Part shown: positions 1-19,525 of the stretch, one piece after another | Position numbering within the stretch: the stretch's first letter is position 1 | How the letters are laid out: each line of letters begins with the position of its first letter | Assembly (NCBI RefSeq): GCF_009914755.1 | Contig: NC_060933.1 | Source of the DNA: the human T2T-CHM13v2.0 reference genome, Homo sapiens | Strand: one strand, 5' to 3' | Length of the DNA stretch: 64,000 nucleotides | Notes under the pieces: model-generated | The model's database searches: none | What the model was told of the DNA's origin: nothing | What the model saw: the letters and a program-made list of their open reading frames with translations, nothing else | Made by a program: the position numbers and the translations under genes

Positions 1-28
1 TTTGGCTCCTGTATGAGAAATAGTATGA

Positions 29-367
<339 letters not shown>

Positions 368-1074
368 TTAGGAGACTGTTACCTTAGTGCAGGTGAGATA
401 TTATGGTAGCCTGGATTAGGGTGCCAAGAATTCAGAGGTGAAAAGTAAACACATTCAAGGCAAAAAAGTAGAATATCCAATACAATTTTGAAAATGAGCA
501 AAGTTGAGGGACTCATACTACCTGATTTCAAGCCTTGGAATAAAGCTACAGTCATCAGGACAATGAATATGGGTAAGCAGATAGACACACAGTTCAATAA
601 AATGGAGTAGAGACTTCTTATAGATTCACAAAAATATGGTCAGTTGATTTTTGAAAAAGGTACAAAGCCAATTCAATAGATAATGAATAGTGTCTTCAAA
701 AACTGGTGTTTGAACAACTGGACATCCATGTACAAAAAAAAAAGAAAGAAAAAAATGAACCTTGACTTATACTTCACAGTTTATACAAAATTACCTCAAA
801 ATGGATAATAGACTTCAATGTAAAACATAAAGATTTTGAAGAAAATCTAGGAAAAAAATCTTAATGGGCTTGAGTTGGCAAAGATTTCCTACATATGATA
901 CCATAAGCAAGATTTATATGAGAAAATCTACCATAATTAAATGTTTGGCTTTGTCCAAGTTGCTGTTAAGAGGATAAAAAGACAAGTCATAGGGTGGGAA
1001 AAAATACCTACACATTGTATATTTGACAAAGGGTTTGAACTTAAAACACATAAAGAACTCTCAAAACTCAACTA

Positions 1075-1494
<420 letters not shown>

Positions 1495-1523
1495 TTACTT
1501 TACGAAAGAAAACGTATAGATGC

Positions 1524-1891
1524 TATATTAGTTCATTTTCACACTGCTGTAAAGGTGCTACCTGAGACTGGGTAATTTGTAAAGAAAAGAGGCTTAATTG
1601 ACTTACTGTTCCACATGGCTGGGGAGGCCTCAGGAAATTTACAATCATGGTGGAAGGTGAAGGGGAAGCAAGGCCTGTCTTACACGGTGGCAGGAGAGAG
1701 GGCAAACAAAAAAGAACTACCAAACATTTTTAAAGCCATCAGCTCTCGTGAGAACTCCCTCACTATCATGAGAACAGTGCGGAGGAAACCACCGCCATGA
1801 TCCAATCACCTCCCATCAGCTCTCTCTCCTGACATGTGGGATTACAATTCGAGATGAGATTTGGGTGGGGACACAGAGCCAAACCATATCA
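1524..1891 (-). mobile_element. THE1 (THE1C/D-like) solo LTR, ERVL-MaLR
   Basis: Ends gacacagagccaaaccatatca (reverse complement of THE1 start tgatatggtttgg); ggggaggcctcaggaaatttacaatcatgg; 5-bp TSD gatgc/gatgg. Confidence 0.9.
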
Positions 1892-2288
1892 GATGGCAAG
1901 TAAGTGCATCAAAAAATTCCCAGTATCATTAGGCAGTAGCTGTTAGGAAAAGGCACATTACAATCACAGTGAGATATCCTATACATGTATTAGAATAACT
2001 AAAATAAAAAACAGACAAGTGACAATACCGAGTCTTGATGAAGTTGCGTAACAACTGGAATTCTCACATTGCTATGGGAATGCAAAATGGCACAGCCATT
2101 CTGAAAAAATTTGACAGTTTCTTATAAAATTAAACATATATTTACCATATCATTCAGTCATGCCACTCCTGGCTGTTTATCCTGGAGAATTATAAGCTTA
2201 TGTTCACACGAAAAGTTGTACAAGAATGTTTATAGCAGCTTTATTTGTATTTGCCCCAAAGTGAAGTGAAACAACCCAAATGTTCTTC

Positions 2289-2589
<301 letters not shown>

Positions 2590-2948
2590 CAAATGTTCTT
2601 TAATGAGGAAATGGATAACCAAACTTTGGTACCCTCATGCAGTAGAATATTACTCAGCAATAGAAAGAACAAACTTTGATACATGCAACAACATTAATGA
2701 ATTTCAAAGCCATTATTTTGAGTGAAAAAAGCCAAATTCCGAAGTTTGCATACCGTGTGATTCAATTTATATATCATCCTGTACAAGCTGAAGATACAGA
2801 GATAGAGAATAGACCAGTAGTTTTCCATGGTCGGTTGTATGTGTGTGTGTGTGGACGTGGAGGGGTGTTTGACTAAAAACAGTCTGAGGAAGTTTGGGGA
2901 AGTAACGGAACTTTTTTGTATCTTGATTATGGTTTTGGTTATATGTCT

Positions 2949-3857
<909 letters not shown>

Positions 3858-4294
3858 GTCTCTATGCCTTTGTCAAAACTCTTGGAATTATATATCAACA
3901 AAGTAAATTTTATTGTATATAAATTAAAAATATAATTTTAAATAGTAAAAAGATGGCTTTAGGTTGAAAATCACACAAATGCAGTAAGCTGGGAGGAGAG
4001 GATCTAACCCCTCTGCCCCTTGCCCTAGTGAAAACTACAATTCTTTTAGAAAAGAATACAGATACCTAATCAAGTGCATGCTGTTGGCAAGACTATGTAG
4101 TAGGGGACATAAAAGGGTCTGGGCTGGAGAAAGCAAAGAATAATTAGAGAGGACAGTTAAGTAAGATTCAAATGTGTGAAAGGGATACAAGTGGCCTGCT
4201 TGAATTCTTGAGTTCTTCCTGAATTGCCCAAATTGGGTTTACTTGTGTTGGTGATACCTAGCTAGTTCTCTTGGTCAAGAATAGACTAAGTGGA

Positions 4295-4632
<338 letters not shown>

Positions 4633-4717
4633 CTAATATTGCATAACCACTCCCTTGTCCCCTCTTCCTTGTTCATGAGTAAGGGAGGATGGGTCCATCA
4701 GGCAAGAGTCTCTGGTA

Positions 4718-5357
<640 letters not shown>

Positions 5358-5781
5358 AAGTCTCTGGTATTTTTATACCAAGATTTCTTTTAGACTTTTA
5401 GCCACTTTTAATACTGTGCACCCCACTGGGACATTTGCAAATTAATACACTTATTCTTTAGGGACACATTAAACTATAGCAAACAAACAAACAAGAAAAC
5501 CCAAACCCAGTTATCCACTTTTTCAGTTAAGATTAGTTAGAACCAAAAGTATATGATAAATTTTAAAAACACACCCCAAATTATGAATACAAGTATTAGA
5601 AGATAAATAAAATAAAAATCAAGCAACCTTACTAGACTCTCATATAGGCCCTCCTTCATAAATACACAACTTACGGCTTTTGATCACAAATCCTTTAAGG
5701 AAGGAATACTGGTTTTCCAAAATCCAATGGAGGGAGAAATGAAGCTAAAAATGAGTGTTCTCAAAAAATAACAAATAATAA

Positions 5782-6085
<304 letters not shown>

Positions 6086-6309
6086 AATCATCAAGTGAAA
6101 TTCATTTATTTATAAAGAATATTTATTGATTTCCCACCTAACATTATTAGTTAAGTTTCCAGTTTTTCTTCCTGACAGGAAAAGCAGCTATTCTGGGTTG
6201 TTGATTCAATTCCTTTGCAGTGTAATGCTTACTAATTGGCAAAGTTGGGGGTAAGATGGATATTCTTTTGTGAAAGTTAAGGAACCTGATGATGACATAC
6301 ACATTTTAT

Positions 6310-6636
6310 CTTTTTTTAAAAAAGAAGATCTCACTCTATTGCCCAGGCTAGAGTGCAGTACTGTGATACACTCCAGCCTGGGCAATAGAGCTCTGAGGTT
6401 ATAGTTTGCTGTAACCTCAAACTCCTGCACTCAAGCAATCCTATTGCCTCAGCCTCCTGAGTAGCTGGGACTACAGGCATGTGTTATCAGGACTAACTAA
6501 TTGTTTAAAAATGTTTTATAAAGACCGAGTCTTGCTTTGTTGCCCAGGCTGGTCTTGAACTCTTGGCTTCTAATGATCCTTCTACCTCAGGGTCTCAAAG
6601 CACTGGGATTACAGACATGAGCTACTGCACCTGGCC
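6310..6636 (-). mobile_element. AluJ SINE carrying an internal inverted insertion
   Basis: Diverged antisense AluJ (ctcaagcaatcc); extra ~32 nt at 6368-6400. Confidence 0.88.
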
Positions 6637-6887
6637 GTGTTTTTAACTAGAGGGTGGAATGTATAAACACCCTTGAGTATGACCCAGTTTTTTCTAATGC
6701 AGTACTTTCATGTTTGTTTTTATATACAGGTGCATTTATAGGTGGTCCAACCTTCCCCATTCACCTCATGGAGTAAGGGTGGCTGATATCTACTGTGTGC
6801 TCCACCCCTCTGCTTTCATGTCTTTGCTCCCCACTGCCAGAATCCTTTTAAATGTAGTGCTGCAGGCAGCCAACAGCAACAACTCAG

Positions 6888-7281
6888 TGTATTAGTTTTC
6901 CAGGGCTGCCATAACAAAATACCATAGACTGGGAGGCTTAAACAACAGAGATTTATTTTTCCCAGCTCTGGAGGCTGGAAGTCCAAGAGCAAGATGTTGG
7001 CAGTTTGGATTTCTCCTAAGGCCTCTCCTTGGCTTTTTGATGGCCGCCTTCTGGCTCTGTCTTCACACGGCCATTTCTCTGGGCTCACATATCCCTGGTG
7101 TCTCTCTTCCTCGTCTTAGAAGGCACACCAGTTAGATTGGATTAGGGCCCACCCTAATTGCCTCTTTTACTTAAATCATCTTTTTAAAAGACCTTTTTTT
7201 CAAATACAGTCACATTCTCAGGTACGAGGGGTTAGGGCTTTATCATACAAGTTTTGGAGTGACACAATTCAGTCCATAGCA
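6888..7281 (-). mobile_element. MLT1 (MLT1B-like) solo LTR
   Basis: tgtattagttttccagggctgccataacaaaataccatagactggg...gacacaattcagtccatagca; perfect 5-bp TSD ctcag. Confidence 0.9.
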
Positions 7282-8077
7282 CTCAGATATAATCTATTTG
7301 CTATCTCTGCCATAAGCGAAGATAACCTACTTAAAAAGAAATAGCCTGAAAATGTTTGCCGACCTCCTGACTAAAGTTCATTGCTTTGAGCATGAGAGTT
7401 CATTGCATAATCTCATCTTCAGGCGGGCTCCTGAGCTTTTAGGGCAGTGCAGGGGGGAGGTATCCAGTGTGAGCAATACTCCCCTAAAGGATACAGCAAG
7501 GAAATAGGTTCTCATTGGAATTTGTGTCCAGGCATTGCTGCCACCAGAGACAACCAAGGCCAACAGCCAAGTGTGGACTGCCCCTAAACACTGAGTCAGC
7601 ATCACTGCACTTGGGAGGGTTCCTCTACCTCCTTAGGCTGGAGGAAAGCCAGGACTGTAAAACCAAAGAATTTGAGCCACAATGATTCTGTTACTGGAAA
7701 ATATTGCAGTTACATTTGCACACACATGCACATAGATTAGAAAGGTATTTCACAACAATCTTCATCTGACATTGTCACTGGAGAGCAACAGTAATTCCTT
7801 ATCACTTAAGACCAATACCCACAGGTTGAAAGCTAGGAACACTCCCAATATTCTGTATGTAAGAGCCAAGGAAATTTCACAGAGAAAAGTGAGGAAGGGA
7901 CATGTAAGGGTTACAGATGGGCATTCAGCAAACAAACTTTTACATATGTTTCTCAGGATTGGAGCAGTCTCTGGGATTGCGCAACAGATACTGGCTGAAA
8001 ACAGTATTCCTGAACCAGAGCAGTGACTATGCTCTGGCTAACTTATTCTTACTTTTTTCCAGGTAATACATAATATT

Positions 8078-8220
8078 CTTTTTTTCCTTTTTGGGAGGTG
8101 GGGGTATGACAGGGTCTCAATATGTTGCCCAGGCTGGTTTCAAACTCCTGGGCTCAAGTGACCCTTCCACCTTAGCCTCCCAAATAGCTGGGATTAGAAA
8201 CACATACCACCGTGCCCAGC
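8078..8220 (-). mobile_element. FLAM/AluJ monomer
   Basis: Single antisense Alu arm (ctcctgggctcaagtga). Confidence 0.85.
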
Positions 8221-8776
8221 TTATTCTTTGAGATGTACATTTTAGCATATCTGCAGTTGGACTTCAGTCTCGCAATAAACATAAAATGTAATGTGTTCTT
8301 TCTCTTCCTTCTATTCATCCTCTTTTCCCTTCTTATTTTTGTCCTCCTGGAAAACCCTTATTAAAGAGCAGGTGCATTTTACAGTTGGCATCTTGAAATT
8401 GAGGTAATACACTTCCAATTTGTTTGAAGTCTAGGTTGAATAAAGTCTTTAATAGTGTCTCAGTTTAGTTTTCCCCATTTGGTTGCAGAGTCGACATTAA
8501 TAATTTGCCCTCCAAAACTGGAAGTCACCTCCATGGGTCTGTGCACTGACATCCTCTTGTATCTCAGATCTTAGTGGGACTCCTACCAGAGCTGTGTCCT
8601 GATAAAGCCCTGGGAGGGCTAAGCCTGACAAAGGCCATGTGATGCACGGGCAAGTGCCACCTTCCAGAAATGAACACAATGTCTTTGATGGCAAAGCGAT
8701 GTCATCTCTCTTTGCTCCAAGTCTATGCAAATTTAGTCTTCATTTCAGAGAAAACCTCTGTTTTGCAAAGGCACTG

Positions 8777-8802
8777 GTGTGTGTGTGTGCGTGTGTGTGT
8801 GT
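8777..8802. repeat. (TG)n microsatellite
   Basis: gtgtgtgtgtgtgcgtgtgtgtgtgt. Confidence 0.9.
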
Positions 8803-9306
8803 AATCTCCAACACAAAAAGTAAAAGCCACCATCTTATGGTAAGTTAGAATAAAAGAACCATTAGCTCTTAAATCACTGGAATACATTAAAGAGTAATTA
8901 CATCAAGAATAGTCTAGAAGTTAGTCTTCTGGAACAATCTGCTTCATAGATTAGCATGAGAGCTCATTTGCATATATGCTATAGACACATTTAAAAGAGA
9001 GAGTGTGTATATGTGTATATATAGCATATATGGCATATATAGCATTTTCAAGAGAGTAAACATCATGCTAATTCCTGTGGCAAAAGACAATTTCAGTGTT
9101 TTTGCAACATTTGACAATCGCTTCATCTTTGTAATACCATCTAAATTAGCATTTTAAAAAATCCCATATATTACTTAACAGAAAAGACCTAAGTGGTATC
9201 AAAAGAGACTGGAGGCAAATTAAGTTTCCTTTTGTCCAACTTTGTGTCACTTCCTGCCTCCATAAATAGGGAAAGCAAAATATCTGTGCTTCTTATTCAT
9301 GTACAT

Positions 9307-9413
9307 CTGCCAAACCAATTAACACCTCCTGAATGTTATCTTAATTGCATTTATTAACATAACATTAACATAGCAGGGAGATAACATTCAGGAGGTATTA
9401 ATTGGTTTGGCAG
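9307..9413. repeat. Inverted repeat, 35-bp arms, 1 mismatch, 37-nt spacer
   Basis: ctgccaaaccaattaacacctcctgaatgttatct (9307-9341) vs agataacattcaggaggtattaattggtttggcag (9379-9413). Confidence 0.97.
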
Positions 9414-9785
9414 GCACTCTTGAATGGGGAACATTGAGAAAGGCCCTTCTTCAGTATCTTACTTTTCATTTTTTTAAATTTTTGTGGTGAAGAGGAAATG
9501 AGATTATGTTGAAAGAGAGAAAATATATCTTAACCAAAATGGTAGCGACATTCCTTGATTCTGACTCTTTGTCAGCTTACCCAGTTGCTCTCTCTGCAAC
9601 AGTGTCTCTGTGCAGTCTGGCTAAGATGGCTTAAGGTATGCTTCTTGGGGATGCACCAAACTACAGTGGTGAATTTTTACAGCATCTCAACTGCCTTACA
9701 AATCATCCAAATACGTTCCACTGATGAGAATTTAATAGGGCTCCTACCCTTATAGAATCACAGAACTATAGAATGTTATAACTAG

Positions 9786-9950
9786 ATTCATCCATTCATT
9801 AACTCATTCATTAGGCATTATTGAGCTCCTAGTTTAGTCCAGGGACTGTAAACTGCTGGTGGAAAGAGATAAACAGGATTCAACACCTGGCTCAAGAAGT
9901 CCAGCTGGCACAGGAATTGGAAATGAGGACAATAATTGCATGTGTTTGGC
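9786..9950 (-). mobile_element. L2 3' end fragment
   Basis: attcatccattcatt...ttattgagctcctagt typical of antisense L2 terminus. Confidence 0.6.
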
Positions 9951-10189
9951 ATCGGTAGCTGCCTGCTACATATTGATTGAGTGGATGAATTAATGAAATG
10001 TGATTATTTTGTTTCTATCTGATGGTGGTATAGAGGGTGGTGAGTGTGGGTTGTAGGGATATGTGTATAAGAAGACAAAAACTGAAGACAAAGAGATGAT
10101 TGTGAAAACATTTGAAATCATCAGGGGCTGAACTAAGTTAGAAACCCTAGGCATGAAGAAGAGGGGATAGATAAAGAAGTCCACATGGT

Positions 10190-10306
10190 AAAAATAACTA
10201 CTAACATTTGTTGAGGATTTTCTTAGCATTTTATATGAATTTAATTTTCTCAACCACCATATAAGGCGGACCTGTTATTACACCCATTTTAAAGATGAGG
10301 CAATTG
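10190..10306 (-). mobile_element. MIR fragment
   Basis: cccattttaaagatgaggcaattgag MIR core. Confidence 0.65.
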
Positions 10307-10950
<644 letters not shown>

Positions 10951-11008
10951 GGGCTTTCCCTGGGCACTTTGTGTAATGAGACTCCTCCCAGTTACTCACC
11001 CTGTTCAC

Positions 11009-11037
11009 TTTCTCTCCTTCCCTCCCTCCCCCCTTCC

Positions 11038-11077
<40 letters not shown>

Positions 11078-11165
11078 TTCTTCTTTCTTTCCTTCCTTCC
11101 TTCTTTCCTTCCTTCCTTCTTTCCTTCCTTCCCTTTCTTTCCCTTTCTTTCTTTTTCCTTCCTTC

Positions 11166-11196
<31 letters not shown>

Positions 11197-11232
11197 TCCT
11201 TCTCTTTCTTTTTTTCTTTTTTTTTCTTTCTT

Positions 11233-11250
<18 letters not shown>
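11009..11250. repeat. Compound (TTTC/TTCC)n pyrimidine repeat (expanded Alu tail)
   Basis: ~240 nt essentially pure C/T. Confidence 0.95.
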
Positions 11251-11539
<289 letters not shown>

Positions 11540-11639
11540 TAGAGTGCTTATCTCTATGGGAAACTACTTTAATTGTATGATTATTATTATTATTATTATT
11601 TAAAGTTTCCCCCATTAGATTATTTCGATGAAGGCTATT

Positions 11640-11715
11640 TCTGTATTGTCTGCCATTGACCCAGTGCCTAACACTGTGCCTAACATAAAAAATGTGCTCA
11701 ATAAATGTTTGCTAA
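11640..11715 (+). mobile_element. L2 3' terminus
   Basis: ccagtgcctaacactgtgcctaacata...gtgctcaataaatgtttg. Confidence 0.65.
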
Positions 11716-11820
11716 AAGAATATAGGAAGGGAAGAAGTTCTCAAACTTGCTCAGGGTGGCATATTTCCTGGCTGGCAGGGTGTCCTCTGAGGATCTTGAG
11801 ATATTGAAATACAGACTTAT

Positions 11821-12132
<312 letters not shown>

Positions 12133-12143
12133 CTATAATCACT

Positions 12144-12567
12144 CTGTGGCATGGAGGTGCACTGCTTCAATTCCCCTTCATTGAAGAGTGTATTGGCTCA
12201 GCTGCTGGAAATGTGGTCCGCAGACAATCTTTAGTTATTAGGGATAATCTCAACTGCAGAAAACTGCCTTGCCCAAGTACACCCTTCTCGGGATGGCCCA
12301 CACACAGTGGGTGATTGAGATGGGTATAGAGGCTTGGCCATTTCAGTCCAGCATGGGACAACCCTGACAGGCTGTTTTTAGCTCCAGAGCTCCTTGTGGG
12401 GTTGTCCAAGGCTGTCATTGGCCCACATTGCCTTTGACCTCTGCCTCACCCAGTACTGCTTCCACTGCCTTTCCACAGATGTTGATCCCAAGGACTCTCC
12501 TTAATAAATATCCTGCACATTAAACTCTGTCTTGGAGTCGACTTCCTACAGACCCGAATCTTGAACA
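12144..12567 (+). mobile_element. ERVL solo LTR (LTR16-like)
   Basis: 3' end aataaatatcctgcacattaaactctgtcttggagtcgacttcc...gaaca resembles the LTR16 terminus. Confidence 0.7.
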
Positions 12568-12720
12568 ATCACTAAGCATAGAATTTTATCTTGAGCTAGA
12601 TAATTATAAACAAGCAGAAACAGAATATAAAACTTAAGAAAAATGCATGGAAGAGTTTAAGGAAATGCTATCCATTAATTATTATAATTTCACTGATTTA
12701 GAAAAAGAGAGCTATTATTA

Positions 12721-13097
<377 letters not shown>

Positions 13098-13169
13098 TTA
13101 ACACACTGATGTCCCCCCAGCGACATGGCTTGACAGCTGGCAATTTTGATTTTCAGGAGCCTGTTCACA

Positions 13170-14571
<1,402 letters not shown>

Positions 14572-14647
14572 TTAGCCAAGCATATATTTCATTTGGGTCT
14601 TCTGTTTGCAAATCTAGTGCTACTTACGATAAACGTCTCCATTTTTC

Positions 14648-15240
14648 GTTCATTCCACATTATAGTATTCCACAAATACTTGAAAGCTTGCTCTGTGTCG
14701 GGCTCTATTATAGGTGCTCCATGGTCTGTCTTATAGTGCTTACATTCTTGAAGGAAAGATTGACAATAAACAAGTAACAAAATAATTTTGGGTAGAGGCA
14801 TACTTCTATAAAAGAAGTATGATAAGGTGATGTGACAGAGTGGACGAATATGGGTGAAGGTGGTTCTTCAGAAATGGCATCAGGGAAGGTCTATTGGAGG
14901 AAGTAGCAGTTGAGCTGAGATCTGAATGAAGAGAAGGAACCACCCATGAGACAAGCCAAGAAAGAACCTTCCTAGCAAAGGGAAGAGCATGTGCAAAGCC
15001 CGGAAATAGGAGAGAACTCAGTGTGCTCAAGCATCAGAAAGAAGGCCAGAATGTTGAGATCACAGTAAGCTAATAGATCTGTTCCCCATTATTTGGAGAA
15101 AGTGAAGGAAAATGTGGCCAGAGATAGCACTGGTCTAGATCATCTTCCTGGCTGGTAGATCCTAGCCAGGAATTTTTTTTTTTTTCCTCCAAAAATGAAA
15201 TGAGAAGCCAATGAAGGATTTAAAGCAGGGACTGACAGTT
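14648..15240 (-). mobile_element. L2 (L2a-like) 3' region
   Basis: caaatacttgaaagcttgctctgtgtc...tgagctgagatctgaatga...gcatgtgcaaagcc. Confidence 0.75.
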
Positions 15241-15631
15241 ACTTAATCCAGAATATGATAGAGTCATAGTCCTAATGATATAGGAGAACTTGATGATTAG
15301 AGTTTCAGGAAATAAAATTCCATGTAATTGGGAAAATGGAGTCTAGTGTGAAAAAAGCTCTGGAAGCAGTGTGGACCTGGTGACCATTTTCCCTTGAGAA
15401 TTATAGGTACTTTTAAAAGCCACAATTATGGTTTTGACCAATACCTTCAAGCAAATAAATTCCAAGTCTGAATTTCCAGCCTATTTCCAATTTTCTGCTG
15501 GACAGGTCTTCCACAATGTCCTGAAATTCATATCTAAAGGCAAATCTATTCCCTTGCCCACCTACTCTAAGGTTCAGTGGTATGCTCCACCTTTATTAGT
15601 GATTTACTCAAGTTATAGGCATCCTAAATGA

Positions 15632-16089
<458 letters not shown>

Positions 16090-16169
16090 AACACCAGCTT
16101 TCTTTACTCCAACCCCTCTACTACCAGAACAAATCTTATTTTTTATAAAAAATGCTAGCCTTTTAATGT

Positions 16170-17585
16170 TTTATCTCCACTACAAAAGTAATAACTTCAT
16201 TATTGTTAAATAGCTAAAATTCTGTCACCCAATGAAAAGCCAATGTGCATTCTCCTAGAACTTTCTTCTGTGATTATACAGATATACACAACCTTGTTAT
16301 ATTTTTATTTTAGCAAAAATTGGATTGTAATATAATTGTTTGATAATCTGCATTTTTATTTAATAGAGTGTGGGTGTTTTTCTAAATGAGTAAACATGCG
16401 ACATCAATTTTGGTGGCTTGAAATTATTTCATTATGTGAGTGTACTATAAGTTATTTAAATGATTTTCTTTTGATAGATGATATGGTTTTGCTGTGTCCC
16501 CACCCAAATATCATCTTGAATTATAGCTCCCATAATTCTCATGTATTGTGGGAGGGACCCGGTGGGAGATAATTGAATCATGGGGGTGGTTCCCCCTACT
16601 GTTCTTGTGGTAGTGAATAATTCTCATGAGATCTGATGATTTTATAAGGGGATTCTCCTTTCTCTTGGCTCTCATTCTCTCTCTTGCCTGTTACCATGTA
16701 AGATGTATCTTTCACTTTCTGCCATGATCGTGAGGCCTCCCCAGCCACGTGGAACTGTGAATCCATTAAACCTCTTTTTCTTTATAAATTATCCAGTCTT
16801 GGGTATGTCTTTAACAGCAGCGTGAAAATGGACTAATACAATAGCCATTCAGATTATTTTGCTTTTATGAATGATGTGTTAAATGTCTTTCTAGATTTAC
16901 CTATATATAGATCTCCATCTTTCTGTTTCTTAGGAAAAATTTACTTAAAATGGATTTTTTTGGCATATAAATGAAATTTAATAAGAAAATATTTCATATC
17001 TGTTTACTAATCTCTCAATGTAAAATGGAATTCTTGATCACATACAATTTCTTTTAATATTTTTGTAGTTTTGTGATTTATAATTAAGTTTTAAATTTTT
17101 TTTATTTAGAAATCCTTAGCATGAGGTATGAATTCATGGTCTGAACTTCGTTTTTCCTAACATGTTTAACCAGCTTTCTCAATATTATTTGTAGTTAAAT
17201 GCAATCTTTTTCCAATGATTTGAAGTGCTGACTCTGTCATACACTAAATTCTTATATATACTTTGGGTTTCTTTCTGGGCTTTCTATTCTAGTCTATCAG
17301 CCTGGCTGCAAATTTAAACAAAAATGCCTTGTTGTTTTAAATGTAATAGCTTTAGTTGGTAGGCCAAGTCCTCCTATTTTGCTCCTCCCCTTTAACTTAT
17401 TTATTTATTCATTTATTTATCTTCTGGCAGAGGCTTTCCAATGTTTCTTTTCCCACATTTTATTTTCAAATATAATTTAATACCATTTTATTAAATTTTT
17501 TTTAAAGAAAACAAACGTGCTGAGAGTTTTATGTTGATTGTAATAAATTTATACATTATTTTGGATGAGTTTGGCATCTTCAGAA
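16170..17585 (-). mobile_element. Old L1 (L1ME-like) 3' fragment, interrupted by a THE1 LTR
   Basis: T-rich degenerate antisense L1 sequence (tctttttccaatgatttgaagtgctgactctgtcatacactaaattc). Confidence 0.6.
16479..16840 (+). mobile_element. THE1B-like solo LTR
   Basis: tgatatggttttgctgtgtccccacccaaat...gcagcgtgaaaatggactaataca; TSD ataga/atagc. Confidence 0.93.
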
Positions 17586-17589
17586 CTAT

Positions 17590-17895
17590 CTTTTTTTTTT
17601 TTTTTTTTTTTGAGATGGAGTTTCGCTCTTGTTGCCCAGGCTGGAGTGCAATGGCACGATCTCAGCTCACTGAAACCTCCTCCCCTGGGTTCAACTGATT
17701 CTCCTGCCTCAGCCTCCCGAGTAACTGGGATTATAGGCACCCACCACCACGCCTGGCTAATTTTTTGTATTTTTTAGTAGAGACGGGGTTTCACCATGTT
17801 GGCCAGGCTGGTTTCAAACTCCTGACCTCAGGTGATCCACCCACCTCGGCCTCCCAAAGTGCTGGGATTACAGTTGTGAGCCACTGCACCCAGCC
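17590..17895 (-). mobile_element. AluSq-like SINE
   Basis: TSD cagaactatcttt. Confidence 0.94.
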
Positions 17896-19237
17896 CAGAA
17901 CTATCTTTCTAAAATAAACCAGGTTCATTTATATTCTGCTTTAAAACCTGTTTAGCTCCTACTAAAGGAAAACTGTCTCTTGGCATGGCATTGAACACCT
18001 TATGTATTTTGACCTCTGCATACCTTTTTTTGTCCTTCAAAGGCTTAGAAAATAAGGTGAATTCCTTAGATTATAATACTTCAAATAATATGGAGTCATT
18101 ATTAGAATTTCAAATTTGGGGAAGGGGGTTGAGTGGTAGAGAATGCAGTGGCAGATTGAAGATGTGATTTGGAAATCTGTACTTACCTCATTTGCAGCTG
18201 GAGCTGGAGCCAAGGTCCCCTAGGCTTGATTGCATTTTGGCCTGTAAATACACCCAGTGGAAGAACATCAGTGCTAACCTACAAGCATTCCAAGAATATG
18301 TGCATGATCAAGGCTATCTTTCTTTTAAGTCTTGGGAAAACTGTGACTTTCTAAAAGTCTGGCTCCTGCCTCTTGACGTTGAAGAAGAAAATTCCACTGA
18401 ATGCAAAATAAACAATTTGGCTGCTTTGTGTTTAGTTTATAGCATAATCTCCAAACCCTGGCCCCAGTAAGTTTCTGTTGGCTCTTTTATTCCTCCTCAC
18501 CCTTCCTTGTTCTCCGTGTGTTTCCCTCTTCTCCGCCATGGACAAATCTGGTGGTGGAGATCTGGGTCAGTGATAGTGAATGCTTAAGAAGGAAATGAGA
18601 GGGAACAGGGAGAAACGTCAAGAAAACAAAACTTGGCAATGTTAACACGTGCTGAGAAAATTTTTTTAATTAAAAATTTATCTAATTAAAATTTTTTAAA
18701 AGTATTTTAAATTAGTTCATTCTTCAACTGTTCTTTGGGACATTGATAACATGTACGAATTCAAACACAAACACTATTGTAGGATGCAGACTATGATTTT
18801 TTTCAGACATCCAGCTAGGATCCCAATACTCACAGGGTACTGTTTATATATACCATGTTAGCTGAAAAAATCTCATAAACATTCAGTCACAGTATTTAAG
18901 AATTGGATTTTGTGGTTATCTCGCTAACATTTGAGATGTAAAAATGACTCCCTCATTGACTCTAACATTGGGAGAAGAGTAATTGGCATGTGTCTTCAAA
19001 CTCCAGAGTTTTCATTTTGGTCAATGGCTTCAGGTTTCCTTCCAAACAGTCTCATTGGAGAGATGCTAAAACGTGTGCAGTAGATTAGCTTGTGGGTTTT
19101 TTTTTTTAACCATTATTTCTTGACCTCTTCTTTACTAAAGTTGATATTGAGCAGTAAAGTATTGAAAAAATGAACAGAACAAAAATAGGAATTGAAGATA
19201 GGTACAATTTATAGATGGGATTATCACCATTGAATGA

Positions 19238-19525
<288 letters not shown>

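Noticed and set aside
8470-8845. Possible exon between ttgcag (~8488) and atg/gtaagt (~8840)
   Set aside because: Isolated splice-like motifs are common; no frame or partner exon supports it.
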